Below, in pieces: positions 12,822 to 27,100 of a stretch of 64,000 nt of DNA. This stretch comes from Chrysomallon squamiferum (lineage: Eukaryota > Animalia > Mollusca), in contig CM022679.1 of the NCBI GenBank assembly GCA_012295275.1, positions 22,444,001 to 22,508,000 of the forward strand. Reading direction: 5' to 3'. The position numbers and the translations under genes are program-made. A model generated the notes under the pieces. That model saw nothing but the letters and a program-made list of their open reading frames with translations, was not told the origin of the DNA and searched no databases. The first letter of the stretch is position 1. Each line of letters starts with the position of its first letter.

Positions 12822-13261
12822 ATGGCTCTCTTCAACGTTGTTCTGTATTTGACTGTTCTATTCACTTTGGTCCAAGTATCCACATCTCTTTTCTTTAATC
12901 CACTTATGTTCGCCATGATGAGAGGTTTGGATTACGGTTAGTGATCATTTCAGTATTTTTCGTTTTCTTTACGTGTAATAAATCGTCTTTAATTCTCCGC
13001 AAAATCTTCAGTGAAATATGTAAATACATACAGAGACAGATATGTATATATAGAGAGAGACAGAGAAGGAGAGAGTAAGATATATATATATATATATATA
13101 TTTATAGATTTATACAACGAAGTGTGACAAAAAGTTATTAGTAAGCTAATAAATCTATGTATTTCTATTTTTCAGGACGTACTCCACTGAGTGCTCCAAT
13201 GCCTATGTATGGAGGAGTCATGCCAGGCGCAGTAATGGGAGGAGGACTTTATGGTCGATAA
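12822..13261 (+). CDS. Small secreted peptide, copy 3 (66 aa; exons 12822-12936, 13176-13261)
   Basis: MALFNVVLYLTV... with the same exon structure and canonical splice sites. Confidence 0.88.
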
Positions 13262-14879
13262 ATCCTTGTGACGAACAAAATGAAAAACAAAATGCCTGAC
13301 CTTATTACTGTTGTTATCCGTTAATTATGTAATAAATTTATTAAATCTATCTCACTTGTTCTCGTTTTACTTTCGTTTCACTGAAAAATCCATTCTGAAA
13401 CAAAAGCAGGTTCGAGTCTCGCCATAGACATTTTTGTAAAACTCGTTTTTTGGACTCCGTCCGCCTGTGCCATTGTGTTCCCGAATTTTCTAATCAAAGG
13501 TACTTAAGACAACAGAATATTCATTCCTAAATACATGCATACATACATCCCTGCTATATTACTAGCATACGCTCAGTGCTGTAGTGGGTAGTGGTCTTTC
13601 TACTGTCAGTTAAGAGACAGAGAAGATTTTTGATGAGTTCTTATCATGAAGAAGATTAAAAGTTAAACTTGACTGTTGCTAAAGCGTCAGTTAAAAAGTA
13701 ATATAATAAATCTATTTCATTTCTTCTAATTTTGCTTTCATTTGATGAATGAATAAGTAAAGAAGGAAAGAAGGAAACAAACAAACAAATAAATCTACAA
13801 TAATTTAAAATCCAAGGAAAATAATAAAAATCGTCAGTTGTCAATTAATCGACCATCCGTTATTGCACCCGGGTATAATTCCACCATATCTCATTGCGAG
13901 TATGCGAACGTACATTTTTTTTTTTTTTTTTTTTTTGTTTCGATCAAATGAAAGTATAAGAAAAACGAATGCAATAAATTTATTTAATTTATTAAATTTA
14001 TTACACATCTAACTAAACAGTGATAATGTCAGGTTTTTGTTTTAATCTTCTTCGCGACCACGATTTGTAAAAATAATCAACCCTAAAATAGATTACCATC
14101 CGCTTTATCAACTGCTATAACTCCAGCATTTGCTTCTTTGTGTGTGTGAGTTTCTATGTATGTTCTGTATGTATGTGTATATATATTTGTATGTGCGTAT
14201 TAAGATATAGTATATTTAAAGTCAGAGACAAGGAGGATCTTAGAAAAGAAAACAAGATCATTAACCATAGTCAGCATTCCAAGCAAAGCAAACATAAACT
14301 GGTTAAAGAACTGGGAAGTCTTCACGATCGTTTTGAAAACCAATCAAACAGCTTTATCCTGGGAGGATGATCTGAAACTTCTTCTAAAATATTCCGAGGT
14401 GACAAACACTCGATTCACTCTTCTGCCTCTGGATTATTTCATCGATAAAATATTAGCAGTGCAGTAACTCAAAGAGAAGTAAAACGGTATTTTTTAGGAA
14501 CATTTTCAGGTTTGTTTCATATTTTTTCTAAATTTTTTTCCCATATTTTTAATTTTATTTAATTTAATTTTTAATAAATATTAATGTAAAAAAAAAAATG
14601 AAAAAAAAAAACTCTTTCTTAATCAAACGAATAAAAACGGATTTTCCTGCAGATTGTTTAAGAATTTTACACAACTCACACACTAATTACACGAAAAACA
14701 AAAAAAAAAAAAAACCCAAAACCCCACATTACAAAGAAATTTTTTATATACATCAGTGAACATCGGTTATTCAAATCATTAGCTGCATATTTTATTCCAA
14801 AATATACTCAAATACATAAGAATTTCAAACAAGTAATAAAAAAAAATTGAAAGTCTGATTTGAAAAGAAAAGAGGTTAC

Positions 14880-14913
<34 letters not shown>

Positions 14914-15060
14914 CTAAAACCAGTGTAGCCTGTTATAAACACGTTTCTAGGTAAATAAAACGAGAACAAAAGAGATAGATTTAATAAATTTATTACATAA
15001 CCGCATAACAACAGTAATAACGTCAAAGATTTTGTTTTTCATTTTCTTCGTCTCAAGGAT

Positions 15061-15207
15061 TTATCGACCATAAAGTCCTCCTCCCATTACTGCGCCTGGC
15101 ATGACTCCTCCATACATAGGCATTGGAGCACTCAGTGGAGTACGTCCTGAAAAAATAGAAATACATGTACATGAATATCTTAATTTACTAATCAATGAAT
15201 TGTAATT

Positions 15208-15279
<72 letters not shown>

Positions 15280-15641
15280 CACACACATTTTTTATTTTAT
15301 TTTAATTTTTTTTGGCTTCTCTTACATTAAATATTATGTATAAACGTAGGTTCGTAGTATGTGTATGCTAGTATGCATCCATATATGTATAAACACATGC
15401 ACCTTACTCAGTATCTAAATACTTATATAAATATAAATGTATCTCTCTTTCTATATATTTATATATTCGTATTGGTGAGGCATTTTCGCTTTCAAGAAAG
15501 CAAAAAATACTGAAATCATCACTGACCGTAATCCAAACCTCTCATCATGGCGAACATAAGTGGATTAAAGAAAAGAGATGTGGATACTTGGACCAAAGTG
15601 AACAGAACAGTCAAACACAGGACAACGTTGAAGAGAGCCAT
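15061..15641 (-). CDS. Small secreted peptide, copy 4 (66 aa; exons 15641-15527, 15146-15061)
   Basis: Reverse-complement copy with intact splice sites. Exon 3 is visible in ORF 15061..15288. Confidence 0.88.
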
Positions 15642-16194
15642 AATCTGAAATTAAAATAAAACAGAAAAATTAATTATGTACAAAGAAAAACAAAAGAAAA
15701 TAGCTCTAGAAAAAAGACTGTCGTTATTTACAATCAGATGAAAAATAACCAGTACGAAAATAAGGTTTAGAGTTTGAATGAAATGTCACAAAAGAAAACA
15801 TTAAAACAAAATTGAATATTAAAATTAAAGTTCGTTGTTTTAGACAATTACATACTAGATCGGAGTAATAATGAAGAAATACTTACTTGTGTTTGGATTG
15901 TACAGACTGGGTATGATTCTGTTCTTCTGTTTACAGTCTTTTATATCTTAATTTACATCTGTGTTAACACGTGACATGTCCAGACTGACACAAGAAGACA
16001 AATAGTGTCACCCCAAAACAGACAGTTCACGTAATATTGTTACCTGTATAGAAGATACTTACATAAATAACTATTGTGTAAGAGTGTTGTTTATTATTTT
16101 TGTATAGAAAATAAAGGTTTATATAAATTTCTTGACATTTTACAAACTGATTTATATTCATTATTATTATATTTTATTATCACTATTATTATTA

Positions 16195-16248
<54 letters not shown>

Positions 16249-17987
16249 TTATTACTGTTGTTGTTGTTGTTGTTGCTATTGTTGTTATTGGTGTTAATAT
16301 TTCTTATTTGTTAATTTATTATTTTTTGAAGGGACGAAGAGAAAGATGCATAATTGCTACATTGTTTGATTGGGAGTCGAGAATACAAAGATAAACATAT
16401 CAGAAACAAGATTTTTCCTTCCTTAGGTGTTATTATTATATTGGGATTTTAAAATAATAATAATAATAATAACAAATTAATTGTTGAATATTTAGTCTTC
16501 GTTTCAATCTATTGTAGATTTATTTATTTATTTGTTTATTTGTTTCTTTGTTTCGATCAAACAAAAGTAAAACAAGAGCAAATGAAAAAGCTTTGTTGCA
16601 TAATTAATAATAGTGATAGGTTTTGCTTTTAATCTTTTTCATGACGAGGATTTGTAAAACTAATTAACTGTCTATTTATCAACCACAGAAAGATCCACCA
16701 CCCACTACGGCACCTTGCATAACTCCTACATATATCCTAAGAGTGTGTTTGTCTGTATTTATGTGTATGTATGCTCGTACGCGGTATTAAATGTGTTTTG
16801 TTTACGGTCAGAATTAAGAAGAATTTCTTGCCCGTAAAGAAAACAAAAGTTACTGACATCATCATCTTTAAACATGACAAACATATGTGCATTATAGAAG
16901 AGATATGTTTTCACCAGCTTTTTAAAAGCCGTCAAAGATTGTTATTTATTTTCGGTGAAGGTGTTGTTACCTGAAGCATTCTTCTGAAGGATTTCGAGCT
17001 GACAGATATCACCCTTTTGTTTCTCGATGATGTCCATGATATACTGAGCAAATGATCTTTTTAGCAAAAGTTCCTATGAGCTTTTTTCTTCTTTCTTTTC
17101 TTTTTTTCGTAATTTTATTTTATTTTATACTTTATTTTATTATTATTTTTCATTTACGTTTTTTTTTTTTTTTTTTTTTTTTTTGTTGAAGGATTGACTG
17201 TATGCATATTGACCTCAAGTCAGTTATTATAATTATTTTTTAATAATCGAAACTAAACTGAAATAGGAAAAACATAGATTAATTTAATTTATAACAATTA
17301 ATAATAGTTAATAGATTAATAACTGGTTTTGGTACTTCATTTTCGTGAACATCGGTTATTCAAATTGCACAGAACTATTCCAGACAAATTAAATTCAGGG
17401 GAAAAAAAAAAACAGAATTTTTTTTTAAAAGCTTCTAGCAATCTCTATAATATGATTTCTTCAACACCACAACAATCTAGATTCTGGTGAACATTTTCCT
17501 TTTGCTCTATTTGTATGAATGTTAAAAATCTTGTAAGCTAAAGGATATTATCAATATAGGCTGTGTGTTATACTTCAAGTCTTTGTTTTGGGCTAGCTTT
17601 TTTCAATGAAACGAAAATAAAAATATATTTATTTAATATATTTATTATACAATTAACGCAGCAACAACATTGATAATATCAGGCTTTGTTTTCATTTTCT
17701 TCGTTACATGATTTATAAAAATAAATAGTTGTTTATCAACACTGAAAAGATACCACTAACTACTACGGTAATTCAACAAATGTCCGTATGTTTGTGTGTG
17801 TGTTTGTATGTGCACATGTGTATATGTTTGTTGAAAGTGTGTATTAAGTATTGTATATTTACGATCCTGCACGCAAAGAAAAATAAAAATAAATGAGATA
17901 GATTTAATAAATTTATTACATAATTAACGGAGTAACAACAGTAATAATGTCAGGCATTTTGTTTTTCATTTTGTTCGTTACAAGGAT

Positions 17988-18522
17988 TTATCGACCATAA
18001 AGTCCTCCTCCCATTACTGCGCCTGGCATGACTCCTCCATACATAGGCATTGGAGCACTCAGTGGAGTACGTCCTGAAAAATAGGAAATACATAGATTTA
18101 TTAGCTTATTTACTAATAAATAATAATTTAATTACCTTCATGTATTTTTGTGCTCATTCGTATTTTTTATGTACTTTTGTATACATCAATATAAGTATTT
18201 ACAAATAAACACAGTTGTATATATTTATGTATATACAGATATACATATAGCGGTCTGTTTCTCCATCTTTTGAGACAGTGTGTATATATTTATTAATACT
18301 TATGGGTAAAACATTTTCCTTTTGATAATATCACAAAACTTTTGGTGAGAATTAAAGAAGATTTGTTATACGTTAGGAAAACCAAAAAATACTGAAATGA
18401 TCACTAACCATAATCCAAACCTCTCATCATGGCGAACATAAGTGGATTAAAGAACAGAGATGTCGATACTTGGACCAAAGTGAAAGAACAGTCAAACACA
18501 GGACAACGTTGAAGAGAGCCAT
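17988..18522 (-). pseudogene. Small secreted peptide, copy 5, with 1-nt deletion (exons 18522-18409, 18073-17988)
   Basis: The first coding exon is 114 nt instead of 115 (gtgaaagaac versus gtgaatagaac near 18485), giving MALFNVVLCLTVLSLWSKYRHLCSLIHLCSP*. This could be a sequencing error. Confidence 0.7.
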
Positions 18523-19179
18523 AATCTGAAATTAAAATAAAATAGAAAAATAAATTATGTACAAATACAAACAATTAAAAAACGAAAAAGATCAACTACA
18601 TTTACAGGCAGATGGAAATAACTAGTATGAAAATGAGGTTGGCTTATTTAAATATTAAAACCAAAGATACAAGATCGATATATGCAGTAATAATGAACAA
18701 ATACTTACTTATGTTTGGATTGTACAGACTGAGTTTGATTCTGTTCTTCTGTCTACAGTCTTTTATATCTTAATTTACACGGCTCTTAACACGTGACATG
18801 TCCAGACTGACACAAGAAGAAAAATAGTGTCACCCCAAAACAGACAGATCACGTAATATTGTTACCTGTATAGAAGATACTTACGTTAAAAGAAACAGTA
18901 TAATATTTTACTGTATAGATATTTACATAAATAACATGTATTGTTATGTAAAAGTCTTGTTTTTGGTTTCATACAGAACAACACACAGAATTTAGGAATT
19001 TCATAAATACTTTTTACATATATTTTAAATCATCTGATATTTAAATATTAATTTCAAATAGCTATTGCTGCTGTCATTTTTATCATCAGTATGGTCATTA
19101 TTATTCTTTAAATATTATTATTGTTGTTATTAATGCTTTTGCTTTTGCTGTCGTCATTATCGATGTTAGTGTTTTGGAT

Positions 19180-19299
<120 letters not shown>

Positions 19300-19336
19300 A
19301 ATATATACACACACACCCACATCGATATCCATATAT

Positions 19337-19404
19337 GCTCGCAACTCAAAGCAAAAAATCGAAAAGCTCGTAAGTTGGGGCACTCGTAAATCGCGATACC
19401 ACTG
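19337..19404 (-). mobile_element. Terminal fragment of the Tigger/pogo-like element
   Basis: Ends ...GATACCACTG+TA. The reverse complement matches the left ends at 29841 and 39215. Confidence 0.6.
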
Positions 19405-19774
19405 TATATATATATTTGTTTCTTTGGTGATGTATTTGTTATACAGACAAATTGATAACAATAAGATACGATCTGTACACAAAATGAATATATCATTAAT
19501 TATGTTACATAACAATTGTTGTCGCTGTTATTTAAGTACATAATTTATGTTCACTGTTCTTTCTGATCTACACGACTCTTTATCTTGTGAGGTAACCTGG
19601 GCGGGTCATTTGTCACCGGGTGTCACAGCTAACATATAAAAGTCTGAAAATCACAGAACAGAATCATTCCAAGTTTCTACAAACGAATCATAAGTAAGTA
19701 TTCAACACAACTCTCTTCTCAAGACAAGAATAGTAATTGTAGCAGTAGGTGTAGTAGTAGTAGTAGTAGTTGTA

Positions 19775-19824
<50 letters not shown>

Positions 19825-20105
19825 GCTACTGGACAGCATTCGACATTAATAATTATAATTCATACTTAAACGAGTAAAAGTCTTGTTAGAATAATTTTTC
19901 TTTCGAATTTCGTTTTATATTTTATCATTTCATATTACAGTTGAGTAAAAATAGAAGCAGTACAGTAAAATACACAAAGTATCTTTTAATCTATTCACTC
20001 AGTAAATGTAATTTCACGAATCTTCTTTCTCGTTCTGTAGAAAACTGTATTTTGTATCTTCAGCTGTGCAGAGTTTTTATTTTATTTTATTTTCAGCCAA
20101 TCACC

Positions 20106-20552
20106 ATGTTGAACTTTGTCTTCGCCCTTACTCTTCTGTGTACTTTAGTATCCATGGGATCTGCCCTGTTTTTCTTCGGAGACATGTTTGATTACGGTGA
20201 GAGCCCAACACTACAATTTCTATTTTGTTCTTGTTTGTGACGAAAATATACACGATGAACGTTAAAAAGATTCAAATTTCAAACACACGCGTATGTGTAT
20301 GTATGTATGAATATATGAATATATATATAAACACACACAACACATACCCACAGACACATATATACAAAAATAAAATATGAATATGCAAAATCATTAACGA
20401 CTGGTATCTTATATATACGTTATTCACTAATTACTGATATTATTCTGTTTTTTTCAGCACGTGCACGTGGTCCAATGCACGCTCCACTACCAATGTATGG
20501 TGGAGTCATGCCAGGGGCAATGATGGGCGGTGGCCCATTCTATGGACGATAA
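20106..20552 (+). CDS. Divergent paralog of the small secreted peptide, copy 6 (61 aa; exons 20106-20196, 20458-20552)
   Basis: MLNFVFALTLLCTLVSMGSALFFFGDMFDY/ARARGPMHAPLPMYGGVMPGAMMGGGPFYGR*. The intron has the same phase and position as in the other copies. TATA at 19635 and a non-coding exon donor at 19694. Confidence 0.85.
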
Positions 20553-21702
20553 ACGGATAACTGATGATTCTGATAACGACCGGTCACGAAAGAGAAAAAC
20601 CTGACATTATTTTTGTTGTTACTTTGTTAATTAAGTAATAAATTTACTAAATCTACTACAACTCGTTTTTATTGTGTTCTTATAGCTGCTGTTTTTTCTT
20701 TCTTCGTCAGCTTATTCTTAGTTTTCAGTATTATTAATTAATTAATTAATTAATTAATTTATTTTATTTATTTATTTTATTTTACGGGGTTTTTTTTTTG
20801 TTTCTTTCTTGGACATCTCCAAATAACTTGGACATCAACTGAATTAAATGCACAGAAATTCAGGAATGCGTGTTTAAACAGAAATTATGTAACACATTCC
20901 AACGGAACTGTTTTCTACATACAGTCCACTTTCTCTCCAACAGACTGTTCCGATTCTTTATTTTTTGTTACTATTATATTTTTTTTCCTTATTATTATGA
21001 TTATTATTAATAATAATTTTTTTTTTTTTTTTTTTTACTGGCAACATATTACTTGTTAACATTTTATAACGTCTGAAAATCAAATCTTTATTTACTGTAC
21101 TTGATTGGTTTTGAAATATTGACGTATGTTAGTGAGTTTTTGAAGTTTTTATACTTCATTTACAGAATACGAGAAAAGCCCATCTTGAGAACAGAGAGAA
21201 GGTGCGTTAACACGAATCCAGTGATGTTCTTGAATGAGCCGTTTTTTTTCTAAAGGTGTTTTAAAATTACTTTCTTTCAGCTTATTTTCAAATAGCAGTG
21301 TTTTATTTATTTATTTATTTTTTACTTATTTACTTACTAAATTACTTACTTAATTTCCAGAACAAATGTTCATCTCAATAATGTCTAATCATTAATAGTC
21401 TATCATTCAACTTCTGTTATCAAACTAAATGTAATTAATATTTCACTACTGTTAGTTTCCTTTCAGTAAAAACGATCCACGTAAATACTTACTGATTTGC
21501 TGAAGTTTCCGTCCACAGTTTCGAGTGCTTGCCATTCATATATCTTACATACAAATATAAACTTGAATAAATATTCACAACAGATGAAACTGCCAAGGAT
21601 TAATTCAGTGAGAGTCGGCGCTTTACCATTATTGAGTTTAACACATATAACAATAAAAAACATCAACAAAAAAAAATAAAAATATAATAATAATAAAATA
21701 AC

Positions 21703-21733
<31 letters not shown>

Positions 21734-22096
21734 ATAAATAAATGAATAAAAAAATAAGAAGAAAATATTATACACACAGTGGTACATGTATTTTAGATAC
21801 CTATTTTAGAAAAATGTCCCTACGCTCTAGAGAAATTACAGACAATTTTAGAAACATATTTACAAGCTTTACTCACATGCATCACACAACAAACACAAAT
21901 CATCGTGGCCAGGCACTGCCATAGCAAACACCGCGTCTTTCTCCTAAAACACAGTTCAAATACATCGTGTTCGTTGAAATAATAATAATAATAATAATAA
22001 TAATAACGATGATGAATAAATAAATAACAAGATTCGTATTTATTTCATAAGTGCTTCTTTTATTACATTTTATGTACTTTATTTTAATTTTTGTTA

Positions 22097-22144
<48 letters not shown>

Positions 22145-22907
22145 TAACAGATAAATAAATAAAATAAAATAAAAATTTTGAATAAATGATAAAGAAATGA
22201 AATGAAATGATGAAATAAATTTATAATGAAATTTTCATACAAAAATAATGTTAAAGCAAAAAGAAATAAATAACAAAAATAATAAATAAAATTTGCACAT
22301 TTCAGCTGTATGCTGAAAAAGTAACCATTTTAATGATAAACACATGAAAAACAAAATATATATACATATATATCTTAAATATATCAATAATAAAAAAAAG
22401 AAAAAAAAAGAATAATAAATAAATAATAAAAAAAAAGATTTAAAAACGGAAGTAAATAAATAAATAATGTAAAAGTACAACAATGGATAAAAAAAAGAAA
22501 TTCATGTTAAATTATTACTTGTACAGAATAAAAAAAAAAAAAAATTAATTTAATTGTTTTAAAAATTAAATAAAAATTAATAGTAGAGATAATAATAGTT
22601 GGTACCATCATCTAACATACCTAACATAATGAAGTAAACCAGTTATACACATATTTATTCATTTTATACAAATTAACAAAACTCATACATTTCCTTTCCA
22701 GAAAGAAATAACAAAAATAAAAACAAAAATAATAATAATAAAAAAAAATAATCTAAAAAAGATTAAAAAAATAGAAAGAAAAATGAAAGAAAAATCTTCC
22801 TTATTGTTAATGCTGCTGGAGCATGTGTCAAATTATTGCAAAATTCTGTTTTCAAAAAACCACTGACAAATGCCCTTGTGTTATTTAGATACAAATATAT
22901 ACATATC

Positions 22908-22966
<59 letters not shown>

Positions 22967-23930
22967 GAGATCAGCTAGGTGCTTTTTAATGCTAAAGAAG
23001 AAAAAAGTTTAGATTACTCCGCAAATTCTTAAATCAGCATCATAGTGTTTTATATTATAACCATCAAGTTGTTTTTTTTATCTTTCCATAGGAACTGAAA
23101 CGTTATTCCACACATTATCAAACATTATTGCAAAGGTATATCAAAAAAAAAAAAAAAAAAAATAAATAAATAATAATAATGGTTATAATAAACTGTTTGC
23201 TTGTAATGCTGATTTGTAAATGTTTTTTTGTTTCATTTTTTTCAAGTGGTACAAGATAAGCAAATCAAAATACTTTTTTTTTTTTCTCTATCCTTTCCAG
23301 CTTAACCAATGAAAACACAAATTTTCAGTGGAATCACATCAACCAGTGCAAAAAAAAAAAAAAAAAAAAAAAGGTTTTTATTATTATTATTATTATTATT
23401 AATTTATTTAAAAATTCTTTTTTTTCTATTTTCTTAGTTTGATATAATGTTTATTTTAATCAACCAATCAGAATATACTATTTCAGTCAATTCAAATCAA
23501 CCAAATCTATTTCAAGTCATGTTATTTTAGTGCACTTAGATAAAAAAAATCTAAATACATTATTTTGGTGCGGTCAAATCAACCAGTTAAAATACTGTAC
23601 TTAGTATCAGCTGTTTTAAAGAAAAAAAAATTCTATGTTTTTGTTTTTGTCATTTTTTTATATCAAACAATCAAAATAGATTTTAGTAATAAGAAATAGG
23701 TCATCGTTTTATATATTTTATTTATTTACCAAGCAATCAAAATAAATATCTTAGCTGTTTAGAATCAATCAATCAAACACAACAGATACTTTTAGTGTAT
23801 TCAGAACAAGCTATCGAAATAAATATATTTTTAAGTTTAGATCAATCAAACATAAATAAATGTTCAGTGTCTTTGAAATAAACCAAACTATAAAATACAT
23901 GGTAACCAGTATACCTACACATACATACAT

Positions 23931-24002
<72 letters not shown>

Positions 24003-24134
24003 GTACAGACACACACACACACATATATTTTTGTCACAAATGACAAATTTTAAAAGTTAGCTCTGTGGTCCAGTACTTTTTTTTTTTACAAAGAGTTGTT
24101 TAGAGGTGAAATACTGTGTGTGTGTAAAGTGAAG

Positions 24135-27100
24135 TCAGTAATCCTCTGCCCAAGGGTTTTCTTCTAAAAAGTTATCTATCACTTCCTTCATGGCAAAGTT
24201 TGGAATCAGCTGATCCTGCGTCAGATCTGTACGTGTGACAGGGTCGAAGTGGCCAACTCTCTGCAAAAAGACATAATATACAACAATAATGGCGGTAAAC
24301 AGACAGCTGTTTGTTAATGAAGTTTACAGACCGAACGTTATCTATCTGAATAAAAAGTGGGTTATTGTGTGTGAAGTTGAAAGCTTATAAACAAAGTGGT
24401 TGACGATACTTCTGAGAGGCGCTTTAACTTCTGTTTGCATCCAGTGTTACCTGTAAATGTTCTATGATATCCTTTTTGTCGTATGTTATGCCACTTGGAG
24501 TCACTACTGGATCACGCATTATCTCAAAACTTATTTTGCCACACAGATAATCCGGAACCTCCCTTTTCTGAATAAAAAAACAAACAAACAGAAAGTTAAA
24601 TATTTTAAAATAAAGTATAGTAAAACACAGAAGATTTTTATTGAATTAGAATTTTTTTTAAAAAGAGAAGAAAAGAAAAAAAAGTAAATTAAATAATTAT
24701 ACACATATGCATCTGTACACTCAAACACAAGTAAACACCTACAGATGCAAACTTGTGTGTGTACATACGTACAAAAATCAATTCATTCACAAACACACAC
24801 ATAAATATATTAATCAAAATAATTTAAAATTTTATAACTTTTTTAACTGAAGCAACACAATACATAACTTTATAAGTCTACTAACCAAATTTCAAATTTT
24901 ATTTGTTACTGTTGCAATTATGATTAATCAGTTTTTATTTTTTGAGAAACATCACCTTTCTCCTGTCATCTAACTGAGCAAACAATGCATTCACAGCTCT
25001 TAGCTTTTTTTGCTGAAATCAAAAATAACAAAGTGAATTTTTCAATGGAAAATGACTGTTACATTTTACTTAAAATAAAGATTAAAGAGTAACTCTACTG
25101 TATTAATAATATATTTTGAATAACAGAAGAGAAAAGTATCATTATCTTCTAATACAAAATGTAAGTATAAATCCGTTGTGTTATTCTTATAGCTGAAGTA
25201 CTTTTGTATGTTATGTATTTCACTTCTGTTGCAGTGTATTTAGAATCAGTAATAAAAAGAATCATACAATATAGAGGAATACTGTAAATGAGTATGTGTA
25301 AATATGTAGTGCTGTGCATGTGTGTGCATATATATGTTTTCTTTGTATGTATATTATAATATACCATTAAAGTTGTGCAACAAAAGTATTCTAAAGGAAA
25401 ATGTTACATGGAATAATGTTGCATTTGCATGTATCTAATGGGTATTTCTATGAACAAGTATGTTGTTTGACTATATATATTGGACGTATCTGTATGTATT
25501 TGTATGTATGTATCTATGTGTATATAACCCTATGTATCTGTACTGTATCTATGCATATCTGTCTATTTATCTATCTATCTGTGTGTGTATGTGTGTGTGT
25601 ATGTTCATTTATATAATAACTCACATAAAATTGTTCTAAATTTTCAATCTCTTCACTGCAGTTCTGATCTCCTGATGCCTGTTTGAATGAAGCTACCTGT
25701 CTGAAATCACAATCAAAATACACTTAATCGGTCAGGAGAGAGAGGTAATTACCAGATTACAGGTAATGCACAAGAAATAGTTATCTCTGATGACATTATT
25801 AATTTTAAATTCAATACATATTGTTATGTGAATTGTAATCAAATATTTATTATTATTATTTATTTTGTTGTTTTAACATGGTTGTACAAAAAAAAAAAAA
25901 AAAAAAAATCATTAACAGAAATTTATTGACCACAAAGGCAATAATGTTTGGTTTGATGCTTTTTGTACCAAATTGTCAGGTTTGAGTGATTATCACTGGA
26001 GTTCTGACAAACTGCTGTTTTGTACAAAATACTTATCTGAGGAAAATTAAGAAAATAACTTAGGTAAACACCAAAATATGTTGTTTTGTCCAGGTTTTTT
26101 TTTTTTAATGGACATTTATCAACTTTTTGACATTTTCATGAAATTCAAGGAGATTAAGTATTTAAATTTGACAACTTTGAAATGGGGACTTTTTAGGACC
26201 TCTGAAAAAATATATGTTACTGTGATTAAGCATTGTTGTTAAAATATTTCGATAATATCCCATTTCAACTGGAGTCATAATGTCACTTCTTAAAATAAAT
26301 GTCTAATAACAAACTGAGAATATATTGTAAAGCTGTGACATTAGGAAAATTAATTTTTATACATGCCACACATTGAGAAAAAGGAAGGAAAAAAACTTAA
26401 ATTACATTACAAAAATAAAAAAGAGCCAAAAACAAAGAAGGAAGAAAAACTAAATTAATGAAAAATATTTTTTTAAACAAAAGGTTAAAATATTTGTCAT
26501 CATACACCCAAAGGAAACTGTTCATTTCTTGTTATTCAGTCAGTTAGAGTGAGTGATGTGAGTTCTTAAGGTACTGACACAGACTTTATTGTATACACTT
26601 TCTGTTTCTTCAAGGACTTTACTTAAAATATCTTTACTGTTTATCAGGTTTAATATGATCATTATATAAAAAAAAAAAGTGTGCAAAATTTATAAAGCCT
26701 GTTTTCCAACTCTTACATGCACATAACTACATGTATCCATACTGCTTAAAAATCTGCACTTAACATAAAAAAAGCTTCATAAATTCAGCCCATCTACCAT
26801 ATAGTTCAGTTTATTCTATGGTTAATATTAAGAAGTGTATTGAAATGTTTTTATTGCTCATACTATGGACTGACCGTTTGTGTTCCTCTGTGAGCAGTTG
26901 ATTAAGATATGTCTGTAACTTGATCTCCTGTTGAATTCGCTTATCTTCTATCATGTTCCATCGTCTTTTCTTAGCCATTCTTAAGGCACTGGTGATATCA
27001 TCTCCAAAATTTAGTTTCTGTTCTTTTGCAAGATCATATGCTAATTTGAGAAAAATAAATAATAAATAAATAAATAAATAAAGAAATAAATAAATAAATA

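Noticed and set aside
13409-13420. GGTTCGAGTC B-box-like motif (and GGTTCGAAAG in the macrosatellite)
   Set aside because: There is no A-box or cloverleaf, so no tRNA can be supported. At most this is a SINE fragment.
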